From contig NC_008698.1 of NCBI RefSeq assembly GCF_000015225.1, positions 180,001-212,000 of the forward strand: DNA of 32,000 nt. Reading direction: 5' to 3'. Within the stretch, counting starts at the first letter, position 1, and each line of letters starts with the position of its first letter. Of the stretch, positions 1-8,187 are shown piece by piece. Below the pieces are notes generated by a model. The model did no database searches. It saw only the letters and a list, made by a program, of their open reading frames with translations, and was not told the origin of the DNA. The translations under genes and the position numbers were made by a program. Source of the DNA: Thermofilum pendens Hrk 5. GTDB taxonomy: Archaea > Thermoproteota > Thermoprotei > Thermofilales > Thermofilaceae.

Positions 1-516
1 AAAGAAAGCCTTAGGGGTCGAGCTTATGGCTACGACTTTCCCCTCAACTGCACCGGTATCTCCTCCTGGGGGTACCCTGAGCCTCCTCCCGTTGAGGAAA
101 GCCCCTCCCCCTGCTAAGGCGTAGAACTCCATTCCAAGAAGGGGCGCGTAGACAGCCCCAGCTATCACGTCCTCTAAGGTTTCCCCTTCCGCTGCCGCTA
201 CGGAGACTGCGAAGAAGGGAGTCCCGCGTTTGTAATTCCTGCTACCGTCTATGGGGTCTATGATGAACCTGTACCCTCCTCCTTTGCCGTAAGTTTTCTC
301 CCCTATCTCCTCTGATACGACGCTGAAATCTCCGATGCGCTTCTCCAGGTACTCAATGGCGCTACGCTCTGCAAGTATGTCTCCCCGGAGCGAGATGTCT
401 CCGCCACTTCCTCTACCTTCCTCTCTGGCTCCTACGCCTTCTTCTAACGCCTTGATGGCCGCCTCCGCCGCTACTTTTGAGGCTTGCCTTACGACGTCGA
501 GTATCTCCCGGCTCAT
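1..516 (-). CDS. Inositol monophosphatase / fructose-1,6-bisphosphatase family protein (3' end lies outside the window)
   Basis: Not in the ORF track because it runs off the window edge. My minus-strand translation from the ATG at 516-514 reads MSREILDVVRQASKVAAEAAIKALEEG...VVSEEIGEKTYGKGGGYRFIIDPIDGSRNYKRG...LAGGGAFLNGRRLRV and stays open to base 1. It has the EE...DPIDGS metal-binding motifs of the IMPase/FBPase family. It starts 9 nt after the stop of the upstream phosphodiesterase gene. Confidence 0.8.
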   Translation of the reverse strand, partial: MSREILDVVRQASKVAAEAAIKALEEGVGAREEGRGSGGDISLRGDILAERSAIEYLEKRIGDFSVVSEEIGEKTYGKGGGYRFIIDPIDGSRNYKRGTPFFAVSVAAAEGETLEDVIAGAVYAPLLGMEFYALAGGGAFLNGRRLRVPPGGDTGAVEGKVVAISSTPKAFF

Positions 517-525
517 GTGCGCTCC

Positions 526-1032
526 TCAAAGCTCTACTATCTCTGCCTCGAGCTTTTCGAGATCTACGATTGCGAACGTACGTTTCTCTGCCAGGTACCC
601 GGAGAGAGTCCCGGGATTCACTACGAGCGCGTCGCCTATCCGCTCTACGTCTACCCTATGTGTGTGCCCGTACACGACTAGCCTGAACTCGCCGCTCTTT
701 GCAAGCGCCCTTGCAAGCCGCCGAGAGACGTCGAGCCCGTCCACCCCGTGCAACACAGCTATGTCGAAAGAGCCCACCCGGACAAGCATTGGTTGCTCAC
801 TCAGCACGGCGCCTATCTCGTCAGCCGTTTTCTTCAAGAGTAGTTTTTCCCCGTCGTTATTGCCGAAAACCGCGTAAAGTCTGTAGCCGGAAAACATCCT
901 CAACGCGAACGGCGAGATAATATCCCCCGCGTGGATGACAGCCTCCACGTTCTCGTTCTTCAGGCTGTTCACAAAGAGCCTTATAGCCTCTAAAGAGTCG
1001 TGAGAGTCCGAGACCACGGCTACTCTAGCCAT
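526..1032 (-). CDS. MJ0936/YfcE-type metallophosphoesterase (phosphodiesterase)
   Basis: 168 aa with the full calcineurin-like motif set in order: VVSDSHD, HAGD, GNND, HG, GHTH. Its size is typical of the MJ0936 family. Confidence 0.85.
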   Translation of the reverse strand: MARVAVVSDSHDSLEAIRLFVNSLKNENVEAVIHAGDIISPFALRMFSGYRLYAVFGNNDGEKLLLKKTADEIGAVLSEQPMLVRVGSFDIAVLHGVDGLDVSRRLARALAKSGEFRLVVYGHTHRVDVERIGDALVVNPGTLSGYLAEKRTFAIVDLEKLEAEIVEL

Positions 1033-1065
1033 TCCAACGCACCCGGACCACTCATAGTGCGAGTA

Positions 1066-1077
1066 GTATTAATTTTT
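1066..1077 (-). promoter_or_regulatory. TATA-like element (AAAAATTAATAC on the minus strand) for the phosphodiesterase-IMPase operon
   Basis: The AT-rich box centre lies about 40 nt upstream of ATG 1032 in a 70-bp divergent spacer. Orientation is ambiguous because the box is near-symmetric. Confidence 0.35.
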
Positions 1078-1105
1078 CGCGATATGCGCCCCCCACTCTC
1101 GTGTG

Positions 1106-1121
1106 CTTAAAGTATTAATAC
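1106..1121 (+). promoter_or_regulatory. TATA-like element (CTTAAAGTATTAATAC) for the SWIM gene
   Basis: Centre about 31 nt upstream of ATG 1145. It shares the 9-mer AGTATTAAT with the element at 1065-1073. Confidence 0.35.
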
Positions 1122-1144
1122 TCGCGCTCTTCAAACGCAGTGTA

Positions 1145-1480
1145 ATGACGACCGATAAAATCATGGAGGGGGGCAGCGCGACTCCTCAGAAGGCCTTCGA
1201 GAAGATGGTGAACAAAGCAGCCTGGCTTCTGAGCGAAGGTAGGGTTGTTAAGATCAGCCCCTACCTGTACTACGTAATAGGGAAAAACAGCAAGCACCTC
1301 GTGAGGTACGAGAATGGAAGGTTCATCTGCACGTGTAAGGGATTCGAGGAGAAGGGTGTCTGCTCCCACGTTATCGCCGTAGCCACCCTAAGCGAGCTGA
1401 AAGATGTTAACGCCTTCCTCGATGAGAGAGTCAAGGAGAGAGTTAGGAGAGAGCTTCGAGAGCTCTATGGGAAGAAGTGA
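1145..1480 (+). CDS. Stand-alone SWIM zinc-finger protein
   Basis: CxCx(n)CxH signature CTCKGFEEKGVCSH preceded by beta-strand-like YLYYVIGKNSKHLVRYENGRF. The track ORF begins at GTG 1103. I prefer ATG 1145, which sits about 30 nt after the TATA-like element at 1106-1121. The start is uncertain. Confidence 0.7.
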   Translation: MTTDKIMEGGSATPQKAFEKMVNKAAWLLSEGRVVKISPYLYYVIGKNSKHLVRYENGRFICTCKGFEEKGVCSHVIAVATLSELKDVNAFLDERVKERVRRELRELYGKK

Positions 1481-1489
1481 GTAATTATT

Positions 1490-2581
1490 CTAGCCGGTAC
1501 TAGAAGACTCGGAAAACGTGTACGCGAAGCCATACTCTGCAGCTGCCCTCTTGATGCTTTCCTTCAGTACGGATATGTTTCTAGAGCTAAAGACCTTCTT
1601 GGCGAAGAACATACCTATCGGGTAGATCACGAGGAGCGACGTGAGTATAGTTACGCTTCTCCCTATTATCGTAGCGGCGAGCGCCTTTTCCCTCGGTACT
1701 CCGAGAAGCAGGTACAGCGACAGCAGTGCAGCGTCTATGCTTCCAACCATGAACGGTATGCCTATGGACGCTAGTGAGTACAGCGTTAGGATAGTGTAAC
1801 CCGGTCCTATCAATGCTAAGTTAACGTTGGCGCCCACGGCCCTCAACGAGAAGAATGGAGTAAGTATCCCGCTGACCCACTGCAAGAATAGGAACGCCAC
1901 GGCCCCCCAGAGGTGAATGTTCCTGAAGTTGAAGTCCCTAGAAGCCTCCGCTACGAGGCTTAGAAAGTTCTCTAAGTCCTTTTCGAACTTCTCCAAGCGT
2001 TTCACCTTAGCTTTCCGAGCCAGGAAGACTGCGACGTTTTTTACGAGCAAGGGCTTCGTTAAAACAAGCACTAGTAGAAGCGATGCTAAAAGCGTCGCGA
2101 CGACTATGCCGAGGTAGAGTACGAGGTACTCCTCGTAGAACTTTAGCAGGTTGATGGCCAGGAGGGACGTGAACACTATGAATACGACCATTGTAACGTT
2201 GATGAGGAAGCGGAAGAAGATAGTGTAGCTGACGGCGGAGGGCCAGTCCGACTTCGTCTTCAAGAAGATAGCCCGCGCGATATCCCCCTCCACGAATGCT
2301 CCTGGAAGAAGTATGTCGACCAGCCATGCCAGCATGGAGCCTCCCAGAGCCTCCCACATAGATATCGAGAAGCGCTTCCTGCAGAGAAGCCAGAAGGCGG
2401 CCGCGTGGGAGAAGTAGTAGGCCAGCTCGAAGACAACTATAGGTAGGATGTCCCATGCATCTACGTTCCGCAAAGCCTCTATGAAGCTCACAACGTCGAA
2501 CCCGTAGAGCGTGTAGACGAACACTAGCAGTACTACCAGTACCTCTAGGAGAATGACCAAAGCCCTCTTTCCAAGCTTCAT
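1490..2581 (-). CDS. Polytopic membrane protein, flippase-like / UPF0104 (lysyl-PG synthase TM-region-like) family
   Basis: About 8 hydrophobic helices, a K-rich N-terminus and a central basic loop (ARKAKVKRLEKFEKDLENF). The family call is from recollection of the UPF0104 architecture. The track start is TTG 2599. ATG 2581 fits better with the TATA-like element at 2611-2623. Confidence 0.55.
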   Translation of the reverse strand: MKLGKRALVILLEVLVVLLVFVYTLYGFDVVSFIEALRNVDAWDILPIVVFELAYYFSHAAAFWLLCRKRFSISMWEALGGSMLAWLVDILLPGAFVEGDIARAIFLKTKSDWPSAVSYTIFFRFLINVTMVVFIVFTSLLAINLLKFYEEYLVLYLGIVVATLLASLLLVLVLTKPLLVKNVAVFLARKAKVKRLEKFEKDLENFLSLVAEASRDFNFRNIHLWGAVAFLFLQWVSGILTPFFSLRAVGANVNLALIGPGYTILTLYSLASIGIPFMVGSIDAALLSLYLLLGVPREKALAATIIGRSVTILTSLLVIYPIGMFFAKKVFSSRNISVLKESIKRAAAEYGFAYTFSESSSTG

Positions 2582-2670
2582 AGTTGTCGTCTTTTTCAAA
2601 GCGGTGGTTTTTTGTAATAAATGTCACGCGCTTGCTATGAAAATTCTTAAAGCACGGTAGAGCATTTAAC

Positions 2671-3984
2671 GTGTATATGCGGAGAGAGAGCATAGTAGTG
2701 CTAGGCGCTGGTCTCGCGGGGCTGTCGTTCGCCTACGAGGCTACCAGGCTTGGTCACTCCGTCACACTGGTAGAAAAAGAGGCAGAGGCAGGGGGGCTTC
2801 TGAGGAGCGAGGAGGTAAATGGCTACGTGTTCGACACGGGAGGCTCCCACGTGATTTTCTCAAAGTATCCCGAGAGAGTGAAGTTTTTGACGAGGATTTT
2901 GAACGGGAATATTGTTAGGAACAGGCGGGATGCACGCATATTCTACAACGGTACGCTGGTGAAGTACCCATTTGAGAACGGTCTCTACGCTCTCCCGGCA
3001 GAGAAGAGGTATAAAGCCTTGAAGGACATTTTAGAAAGGTACATAGAGTACAGGTGCGGGGGTTCGCGGAGCGTTGAAAACTTCGAGGAATGGCTTTACG
3101 CAACGTTTGGGGAAACCATAGCTAGCGAGTACTTGGTGCCGTACAACAGGAAGCTTTGGAAGAGGGATTTGAAGCAAATATCCCTGGACTGGGTTGGCAA
3201 CAGGGTTCCTCAGCCTCCGCTGGACGACGTGATTAGAAGCGCCGTTGGTATACCGACGGAGGGCTACTTGCACCAGCTCTTCTTCTACTACCCTCGAAGT
3301 GGCGGTATTCAATCACTCGCAGATGCCTTCAAAGCACGCGTGGAGGGATCGCCTCTATCCTCTTTAGTGCTCGGAAAGGAGGCCGTAAAGGTGGATCCCT
3401 ACGAGGGGGAGGTCGTGTTGTCGGACGGCTCCGCGGTTAGGGGCGATAGGATTGTCTCCACGATCCCCTTGCCGGAGCTTTACAGGGCGCTAGGGCTACG
3501 CTTGAACCTAGACTACAACTCCCTGGTGGTCGTAGGTGTAGGCGTTAAGGATGCCAGGCTACCCAGGGTGCACTGGATATACTTCCCGAACGAGGATATC
3601 GTTTTCCACAGATTGGCGATCCTAAGCAACTACAGCCCGTACATGTCGCCAAAGGGTTCTGCCACCTTAGTGGCGGAGATTACGCTTAGACCAGGAGAGA
3701 CCTTCGACGAGGAAAAAGTCGTCAACGCGACGCTGGACGGATTAGAGGCGGCCGGCTTGCTGAGAGGTAGAGGGAGCGTGGAGGTTGTACGCGCATGGTA
3801 CTGGAGATATGCCTACATAGTGTACGATCACAATTACTCGAGGAGAGTTCGCGAGGCCAAGGAGAGGCTCAGGAGGCTAGGAATATCGCTGATAGGCAGG
3901 TTCGGCCTGTGGGAGTACATGAACATGGACGACGTTGTTTACCGCTCTATAAGCGAGGCCAGAAGGATGGGCAGAGCGCGGTGA
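2671..3984 (+). CDS. FAD-dependent oxidoreductase (amine-oxidase/protoporphyrinogen-oxidase fold, UDP-galactopyranose-mutase-like)
   Basis: N-terminal dinucleotide fold VVLGAGLAGLSFAYEA..VTLVEKEAEAGGL. Also carries YPFENG, YNRKLWK and FYYPRSGG motifs, reminiscent of UGM-like flavoenzymes. Its stop lies 5 nt before the GT2 gene. An alternative ATG is at 2677. Confidence 0.7.
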   Translation: MYMRRESIVVLGAGLAGLSFAYEATRLGHSVTLVEKEAEAGGLLRSEEVNGYVFDTGGSHVIFSKYPERVKFLTRILNGNIVRNRRDARIFYNGTLVKYPFENGLYALPAEKRYKALKDILERYIEYRCGGSRSVENFEEWLYATFGETIASEYLVPYNRKLWKRDLKQISLDWVGNRVPQPPLDDVIRSAVGIPTEGYLHQLFFYYPRSGGIQSLADAFKARVEGSPLSSLVLGKEAVKVDPYEGEVVLSDGSAVRGDRIVSTIPLPELYRALGLRLNLDYNSLVVVGVGVKDARLPRVHWIYFPNEDIVFHRLAILSNYSPYMSPKGSATLVAEITLRPGETFDEEKVVNATLDGLEAAGLLRGRGSVEVVRAWYWRYAYIVYDHNYSRRVREAKERLRRLGISLIGRFGLWEYMNMDDVVYRSISEARRMGRAR

Positions 3985-3989
3985 CCTGA

Positions 3990-5009
3990 GTGTACCCAAA
4001 GGTAAGCATAGTCATAGTGAACTTTAAGGGAACAGAAGCACTGAAAAAGTGTCTGAGAAGCGTTTTCGAAACCGAGTACCCCGACTACGAGGTCATAGTT
4101 GTAGACTCCCTGACCGATAACGTCGAGAAAGCTTTGAGGGACGAGTTCGGATCTAAGGAAAACTTGAAGATCATTCACTTCGACTCGAACATCGGCGCCT
4201 CGGGATCCCACAACGTAGGGGCGATGGCGAGCGACCCTAACAGTAAGTACCTGGTGTTCCTCGACAACGACGTTGAAGTAGAAAAGGACTGGTTGAAGAG
4301 GCTGGTCGAGACCGCCGAGGAGAGCCCGAGGATCGGATGCGTTCAGGCGAAAGTGATCTCGAAGAGCAATGAGGGTAGGATGGATCACGCAGGGCTAGCG
4401 TTAGACTTGACGGCGACGTGGCTTTCTACGTACGGGTTTAGAGAAGAGATATTCCAGCGCCCGATAGAGTTGTTCGTCGCCAGTTCGGCTGCGCTTTTAA
4501 CCCCACGCGAGCTCTACTTTAAGGTAGGCGGGTTCGACAGCTCCTACTTCATATACGACGACGACACGGATTACACGTGGCGCGTTAGGCTTCAGGGCTA
4601 CATCTCCCTCCTGGAGACAAGGGCTCGCGTATACCACGAGGACAAGATAAGCTCGAGGCTACGCTTCGACAAGCTGTACTTCGGGTATCGGAACAGGCTT
4701 CAGAACATCGTGAAAAACATGGACGCGAAGAACATGGTCGTTAGCCTGCTGGTGACCCTCTACCTTGGATACCTGGTAACGGTACTCCTAGCGCTTGCCG
4801 GCAGGATCAGGGAGACAGCCGCATACTTCTTGTCGTCTACGAGCGTCGTGTTCTCGCTACCAAGGCTTATGTGGAAGCGTAAGCTAGTCTCGCTGAAGAG
4901 AAGGGTTCCCGACAGCTACTTCGAGAAGAAAGGCTTCCTTAGGAAGGACCTTCTCGGGACGATCTACATGACGAGGGCATTGCTTATTCGCTCGGTAAGG
5001 AAGAAGTAG
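3990..5009 (+). CDS. Family 2 glycosyltransferase with C-terminal transmembrane segment
   Basis: SIVIVNFKG...YEVIVVDS...FLDNDV (DxD) GT-A fold motifs. Hydrophobic segment VVSLLVTLYLGYLVTVLLALAG near the C-terminus. GTG start. Confidence 0.85.
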   Translation: MYPKVSIVIVNFKGTEALKKCLRSVFETEYPDYEVIVVDSLTDNVEKALRDEFGSKENLKIIHFDSNIGASGSHNVGAMASDPNSKYLVFLDNDVEVEKDWLKRLVETAEESPRIGCVQAKVISKSNEGRMDHAGLALDLTATWLSTYGFREEIFQRPIELFVASSAALLTPRELYFKVGGFDSSYFIYDDDTDYTWRVRLQGYISLLETRARVYHEDKISSRLRFDKLYFGYRNRLQNIVKNMDAKNMVVSLLVTLYLGYLVTVLLALAGRIRETAAYFLSSTSVVFSLPRLMWKRKLVSLKRRVPDSYFEKKGFLRKDLLGTIYMTRALLIRSVRKK

Positions 5010-5094
5010 GTCCTGTGCTTTCCTCTAACCGATAGCTTTATAAGCATCCGGCGGCATAGGCTTTCGCGCGTGGAAAAACCACGAGAGAAAGAAG

Positions 5095-5523
5095 ATGTAT
5101 AACTCGAATATCGAGACAAAAGAAGTGAAGATTGCCGACATAACTCCAAGCACGCGTAGATTCTCTGTAACCTTTAAAGTTCTGAACGTGGGAGACGAGA
5201 AGCAGATAACCTCCAGGAGGGACGGCTCTGAGCATAGGGTGGCGGATGTTCTGGTGGGCGATGAGACTGGTGTCGCCTTGCTAACTGCTTGGGACAACGA
5301 GATTGACGAGTTTAGAAACATGGTTGGAGAAACCGTTTCCCTTGTAAACGGCTACGTCTCACTCTACCAGGGTAAGCTCCGGCTAGGGCTCGGGCGGTTC
5401 GGCTCGATAAAGCCCTCCGAGACTAAGATAGAGGAGGTAAACGAGGGTAACAACATTTCGGAGAAGGAGTTCGAGGAAAGCTACGCTCCCAGGAGAAGGG
5501 GGCGCGGAAGAAGGTTCTACTAG
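5095..5523 (+). CDS. ssb: Single-stranded DNA-binding protein, crenarchaeal single-OB-fold type
   Basis: Aligns by eye with Sulfolobus SSB across the OB fold: VTFKVLNVG..KQI...VADVLVGDETGVALLTAW...GETVSLVNGYVSLYQGKLRL. It has a flexible tail with an RG-rich end (RRRGRGRRFY). Confidence 0.8.
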   Translation: MYNSNIETKEVKIADITPSTRRFSVTFKVLNVGDEKQITSRRDGSEHRVADVLVGDETGVALLTAWDNEIDEFRNMVGETVSLVNGYVSLYQGKLRLGLGRFGSIKPSETKIEEVNEGNNISEKEFEESYAPRRRGRGRRFY

Positions 5524-5540
5524 AAGTAGAGCACACCCAG

Positions 5541-5559
5541 AAAAATTATTCCATTTTTT
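5541..5559. terminator. Bidirectional oligo-T termination region between convergent ssb and glycerate kinase genes
   Basis: A T6 run on the plus strand (5554-5559) lies 30 nt after the ssb stop. A T5 run on the minus strand (5541-5545) lies after the glycerate kinase stop. Archaeal termination typically occurs at oligo-T tracts. Confidence 0.35.
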
Positions 5560-6937
5560 ATTCCCACGGGTTTTCCTTTTCCACTACTATTACTACGAAG
5601 TCGTTGACGTTTGTCCCAGTGTACCCAGTCTTTACGTGGCCTCCTACTACCCTGAAGAAGTTGTAACTGTCGTTGTTCTCTAAGTATTCCTCCGGGCGTA
5701 CACCCTTCGCGAGGGCTCTCTGGTAGGTGTAGCCGTCTACAACGGCGCCGGCGACATCCGTGGGACCATCCCTGCCGTCACTCCCTATCGAGACCAAGGC
5801 TACCCTGTCAACGCCTTTAAGCGCTATGGCCGCTGAGAGTGCCAACTCCTGGTTGCGTCCGCCCAGCCCTTTCCCCTTCACCGTAACCGTGGTCTCGCCG
5901 CCGGCGAGTATTACCGCTGGTGGGCTTACAGGGTTACCTGTCTTTAAAACCTCCTTCGCAATGGCGGCAAGAACCTTCGCGACTTCTCTAGCCTCGCCCT
6001 CTAGGAGCGACGTTAGTATCACGGTATTGTAGCCCATCGCTTTAGCCTTCTCCGCCATGGCGTTGAGCGACAAGGTGTTGCTGGCGATTATCCTGTTGTG
6101 CACCCTGCTGAACGCGGGGTCTCCCGGCTTTGGGGTCTCCGGGGCCAGGCCTTTGAGCCCGTCCTCTAGTATGCGCCTAATGGACTGGGGTAAACTATCC
6201 TCTAGCCTGTACTTCCTTATCACGGCTACAGCGTCCTGGTACGTCGTGGGATCCGGGACCGTTGGTCCAGATGCTATAGTGTCCATTCTGTCTCCTACTA
6301 CATCGGATATGAGAAGAGCCACCACGGCGGCTGGGTAAGCGTGCTTCGCAAGCCAGCCTCCCTTAAACCTGGAGAGATGTTTACGCACAGTATTAAGCTC
6401 TACTATGTCTGCCCCAGCCTTCATCAGCTTGACGCTCAGCTCTCCGAGCTCCTCGATATCTACGCCCTCCGCCGGCAACTCCGCGAGCGCGCTACCGCCC
6501 CCCGAGAATAAGGCTATTACCGTATCCTCCTCTCTCAGCCCCCTGACTGTAGACACTATTCTCTCTCCGGCCTCCACGCTTTTCCTAGAAGCCCTTGGAT
6601 GTGTCGCGCCGACAACCTGTATTCTCGACAGTTGCTTCGAGACCGATTCGACAAGATCCTCTGGAACGGAAATAACCCCTCCGGATATCCTGTCTCCGAG
6701 CACTTTCTCTATGCCTACAGCCATCCCGCCCGTCGCTTTACCCGCGCCGACAACGATGACTCTACCCCTTAAGCCCACGCGCGTCCCGTCCCTGAGTACC
6801 AGCTCGTCTCCCTCCAGTCTCACATAGTTCTCCACAGCCTTTGCGGGGTCAGCTACCGCTACGCCTTCGAGGGCCAGCGTAACCGCTACCATTCTCGCGT
6901 GCTCGGAAGCCTCGCTCACGAGACTTCTATGTTTCAT
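5558..6937 (-). CDS. Glycerate 2-kinase (MOFRL/DUF4147 family)
   Basis: GGETTVTVKGKGLGGRNQELALSAA plus IGSDGRDGPTD..AGA and TGTNVNDF, typical of the TtuD/glycerate 2-kinase family. 459 aa. Confidence 0.85.
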   Translation of the reverse strand: MKHRSLVSEASEHARMVAVTLALEGVAVADPAKAVENYVRLEGDELVLRDGTRVGLRGRVIVVGAGKATGGMAVGIEKVLGDRISGGVISVPEDLVESVSKQLSRIQVVGATHPRASRKSVEAGERIVSTVRGLREEDTVIALFSGGGSALAELPAEGVDIEELGELSVKLMKAGADIVELNTVRKHLSRFKGGWLAKHAYPAAVVALLISDVVGDRMDTIASGPTVPDPTTYQDAVAVIRKYRLEDSLPQSIRRILEDGLKGLAPETPKPGDPAFSRVHNRIIASNTLSLNAMAEKAKAMGYNTVILTSLLEGEAREVAKVLAAIAKEVLKTGNPVSPPAVILAGGETTVTVKGKGLGGRNQELALSAAIALKGVDRVALVSIGSDGRDGPTDVAGAVVDGYTYQRALAKGVRPEEYLENNDSYNFFRVVGGHVKTGYTGTNVNDFVVIVVEKENPWE

Positions 6938-7012
6938 CTCAAGTATTTAAGGCAAACCGCAGGAAAACTTGCAATAAAGTTGTGTAACTTTTTCATGACG
7001 TCACTCTAGCCT

Positions 7013-7039
7013 GCATGCTTTGTTACCAAGGTAGCATGC
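7013..7039. repeat. Inverted repeat GCATGCT-N13-AGCATGC in the glycerate kinase / OCD divergent spacer
   Basis: The 7-bp arms at 7013-7019 and 7033-7039 are perfectly complementary. An AAAATTT element follows 3 nt later, and GTG 7076 is about 28 nt beyond that. Confidence 0.85.
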
Positions 7040-7075
7040 GACAAAATTTCAACCCCATACTCCACGTTACGAGAC

Positions 7076-8113
7076 GTGCATGTCAAAGTCCTCCGCGCGG
7101 AAGACGTAGCCCATGTAATCAGAGAAGTTGGGCTGAACACTTTCTTAGACGGGCTTATAAATAGGCTGGAGGAGGTCTTTAGAAGGTGGCGAGAGCTCAA
7201 AGTCGTTCCACGCGTCAGCTTTCACTACGCGTCTGGCGTTATGGAGGCAATGCCGGCCAGCGATGCAAGGTGGTACTCCGTCAAGATCGTTAACGGCCAC
7301 CCGGGTAACCCTTTGAGAGGCTTACAAACAGTGGTGGCAGTGGGGGTACTCGCTGACGTGGAGACAGGTTACCCCGTGATGATCGCGGACGCCACCCTTC
7401 TAACAGCTCTGCGCACTGGTGCTACCAGCGCTCTGGCAACGAAGTACCTCGCGAGACGAGGGTCGGAGAACCTCGGAATTATAGGGACGGGAGCTCAGTC
7501 CGAGTTCCTCGTATACTCTATTTCGAGGGTTGCGAATAGCGTCGAGAAAGTCTTCTTTTACGATATAGATCCGAAAGCAATGGAGAAGTTCGAGAAGAAC
7601 ATTTCGAGGCTGGGGTTCGAGCTTGTAAGAGCGGGTAGCCCCCGTGAGGTCGCGCTTAACTCCGATGTATTAGTGACCGCTACGACCTCCAAGGGTAAAG
7701 ACCGCGTAGTCCTAAACGAATGGGTACGCCCTGGTACCCATATCAACGCCGTAGGCGGCGATGCTCCGGGAAAAACGGAGTTAGATCCTGCGATACTTTT
7801 GAGGTCTAAGCTCGTCGTAGAGCTCCTCGAGCAAGCGATTGTGGAGGGGGAAACGCAGAGCGTCGGTAGGGATGCTGTTTACGCGGAGCTTTGGGAGGTT
7901 GTGTCAGGGCTGAAACATGGACGTTCGAGTGAGGAGGAAGTCACCGTGTTCGACTCCGTGGGAATCGCGGTGGAAGACTTAGCAACACTGACGTATCTCT
8001 ACGGCTTAGCAGAGAGGATGCAGGTGGGCCTGGACTTAGAGCTCTTTCCTAGGCTTTCAGATCCCAAGGACTTGTTCTTCACGCTGATAAGCGATGCTGG
8101 TCAACGGGCATAG
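7076..8113 (+). CDS. Ornithine cyclodeaminase / mu-crystallin family protein (OCD or alanine dehydrogenase-like)
   Basis: Rossmann motif LGIIGTGAQSEF, N-terminal VKVLRAEDV and INAVGGDAPGKTELD, characteristic of the OCD/mu-crystallin family. GTG start about 28 nt after an AAAATTT element. Confidence 0.8.
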   Translation: MHVKVLRAEDVAHVIREVGLNTFLDGLINRLEEVFRRWRELKVVPRVSFHYASGVMEAMPASDARWYSVKIVNGHPGNPLRGLQTVVAVGVLADVETGYPVMIADATLLTALRTGATSALATKYLARRGSENLGIIGTGAQSEFLVYSISRVANSVEKVFFYDIDPKAMEKFEKNISRLGFELVRAGSPREVALNSDVLVTATTSKGKDRVVLNEWVRPGTHINAVGGDAPGKTELDPAILLRSKLVVELLEQAIVEGETQSVGRDAVYAELWEVVSGLKHGRSSEEEVTVFDSVGIAVEDLATLTYLYGLAERMQVGLDLELFPRLSDPKDLFFTLISDAGQRA

Positions 8114-8187
8114 CGACTCCCTGTTCATCCGTGTCTTAAGGGGTTACAGAGAACAGTGAAAGTATAACCTCATTTTACTCTTGGCTT

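Noticed and set aside
335-877. Long antisense or alternative-frame ORFs from the track. Examples: 335-877, 2007-2693, 3939-4388, 5760-6827 set, 10928-11422, 12480-13022, 13361-13783, 19343-19999, 21094-21588, 21999-22424, 25823-26402, 28448-28891.
   Set aside because: Each lies opposite to, or out of frame with, a gene supported by strong family motifs. Their translations are low-complexity (Ser/Pro/Arg/Leu-rich) with no recognisable domains. Such shadow ORFs are expected in GC-rich coding DNA.
6934-6996. 20-codon upstream ORF (MKKLHNFIASFPAVCLKYLR) on the minus strand whose TGA overlaps the glycerate kinase ATG (ATGA).
   Set aside because: The only TATA-like elements for the glycerate kinase gene lie inside this ORF and none lies upstream of its ATG. 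It is therefore probably not transcribed as a coding unit. The overlap is likely coincidental.
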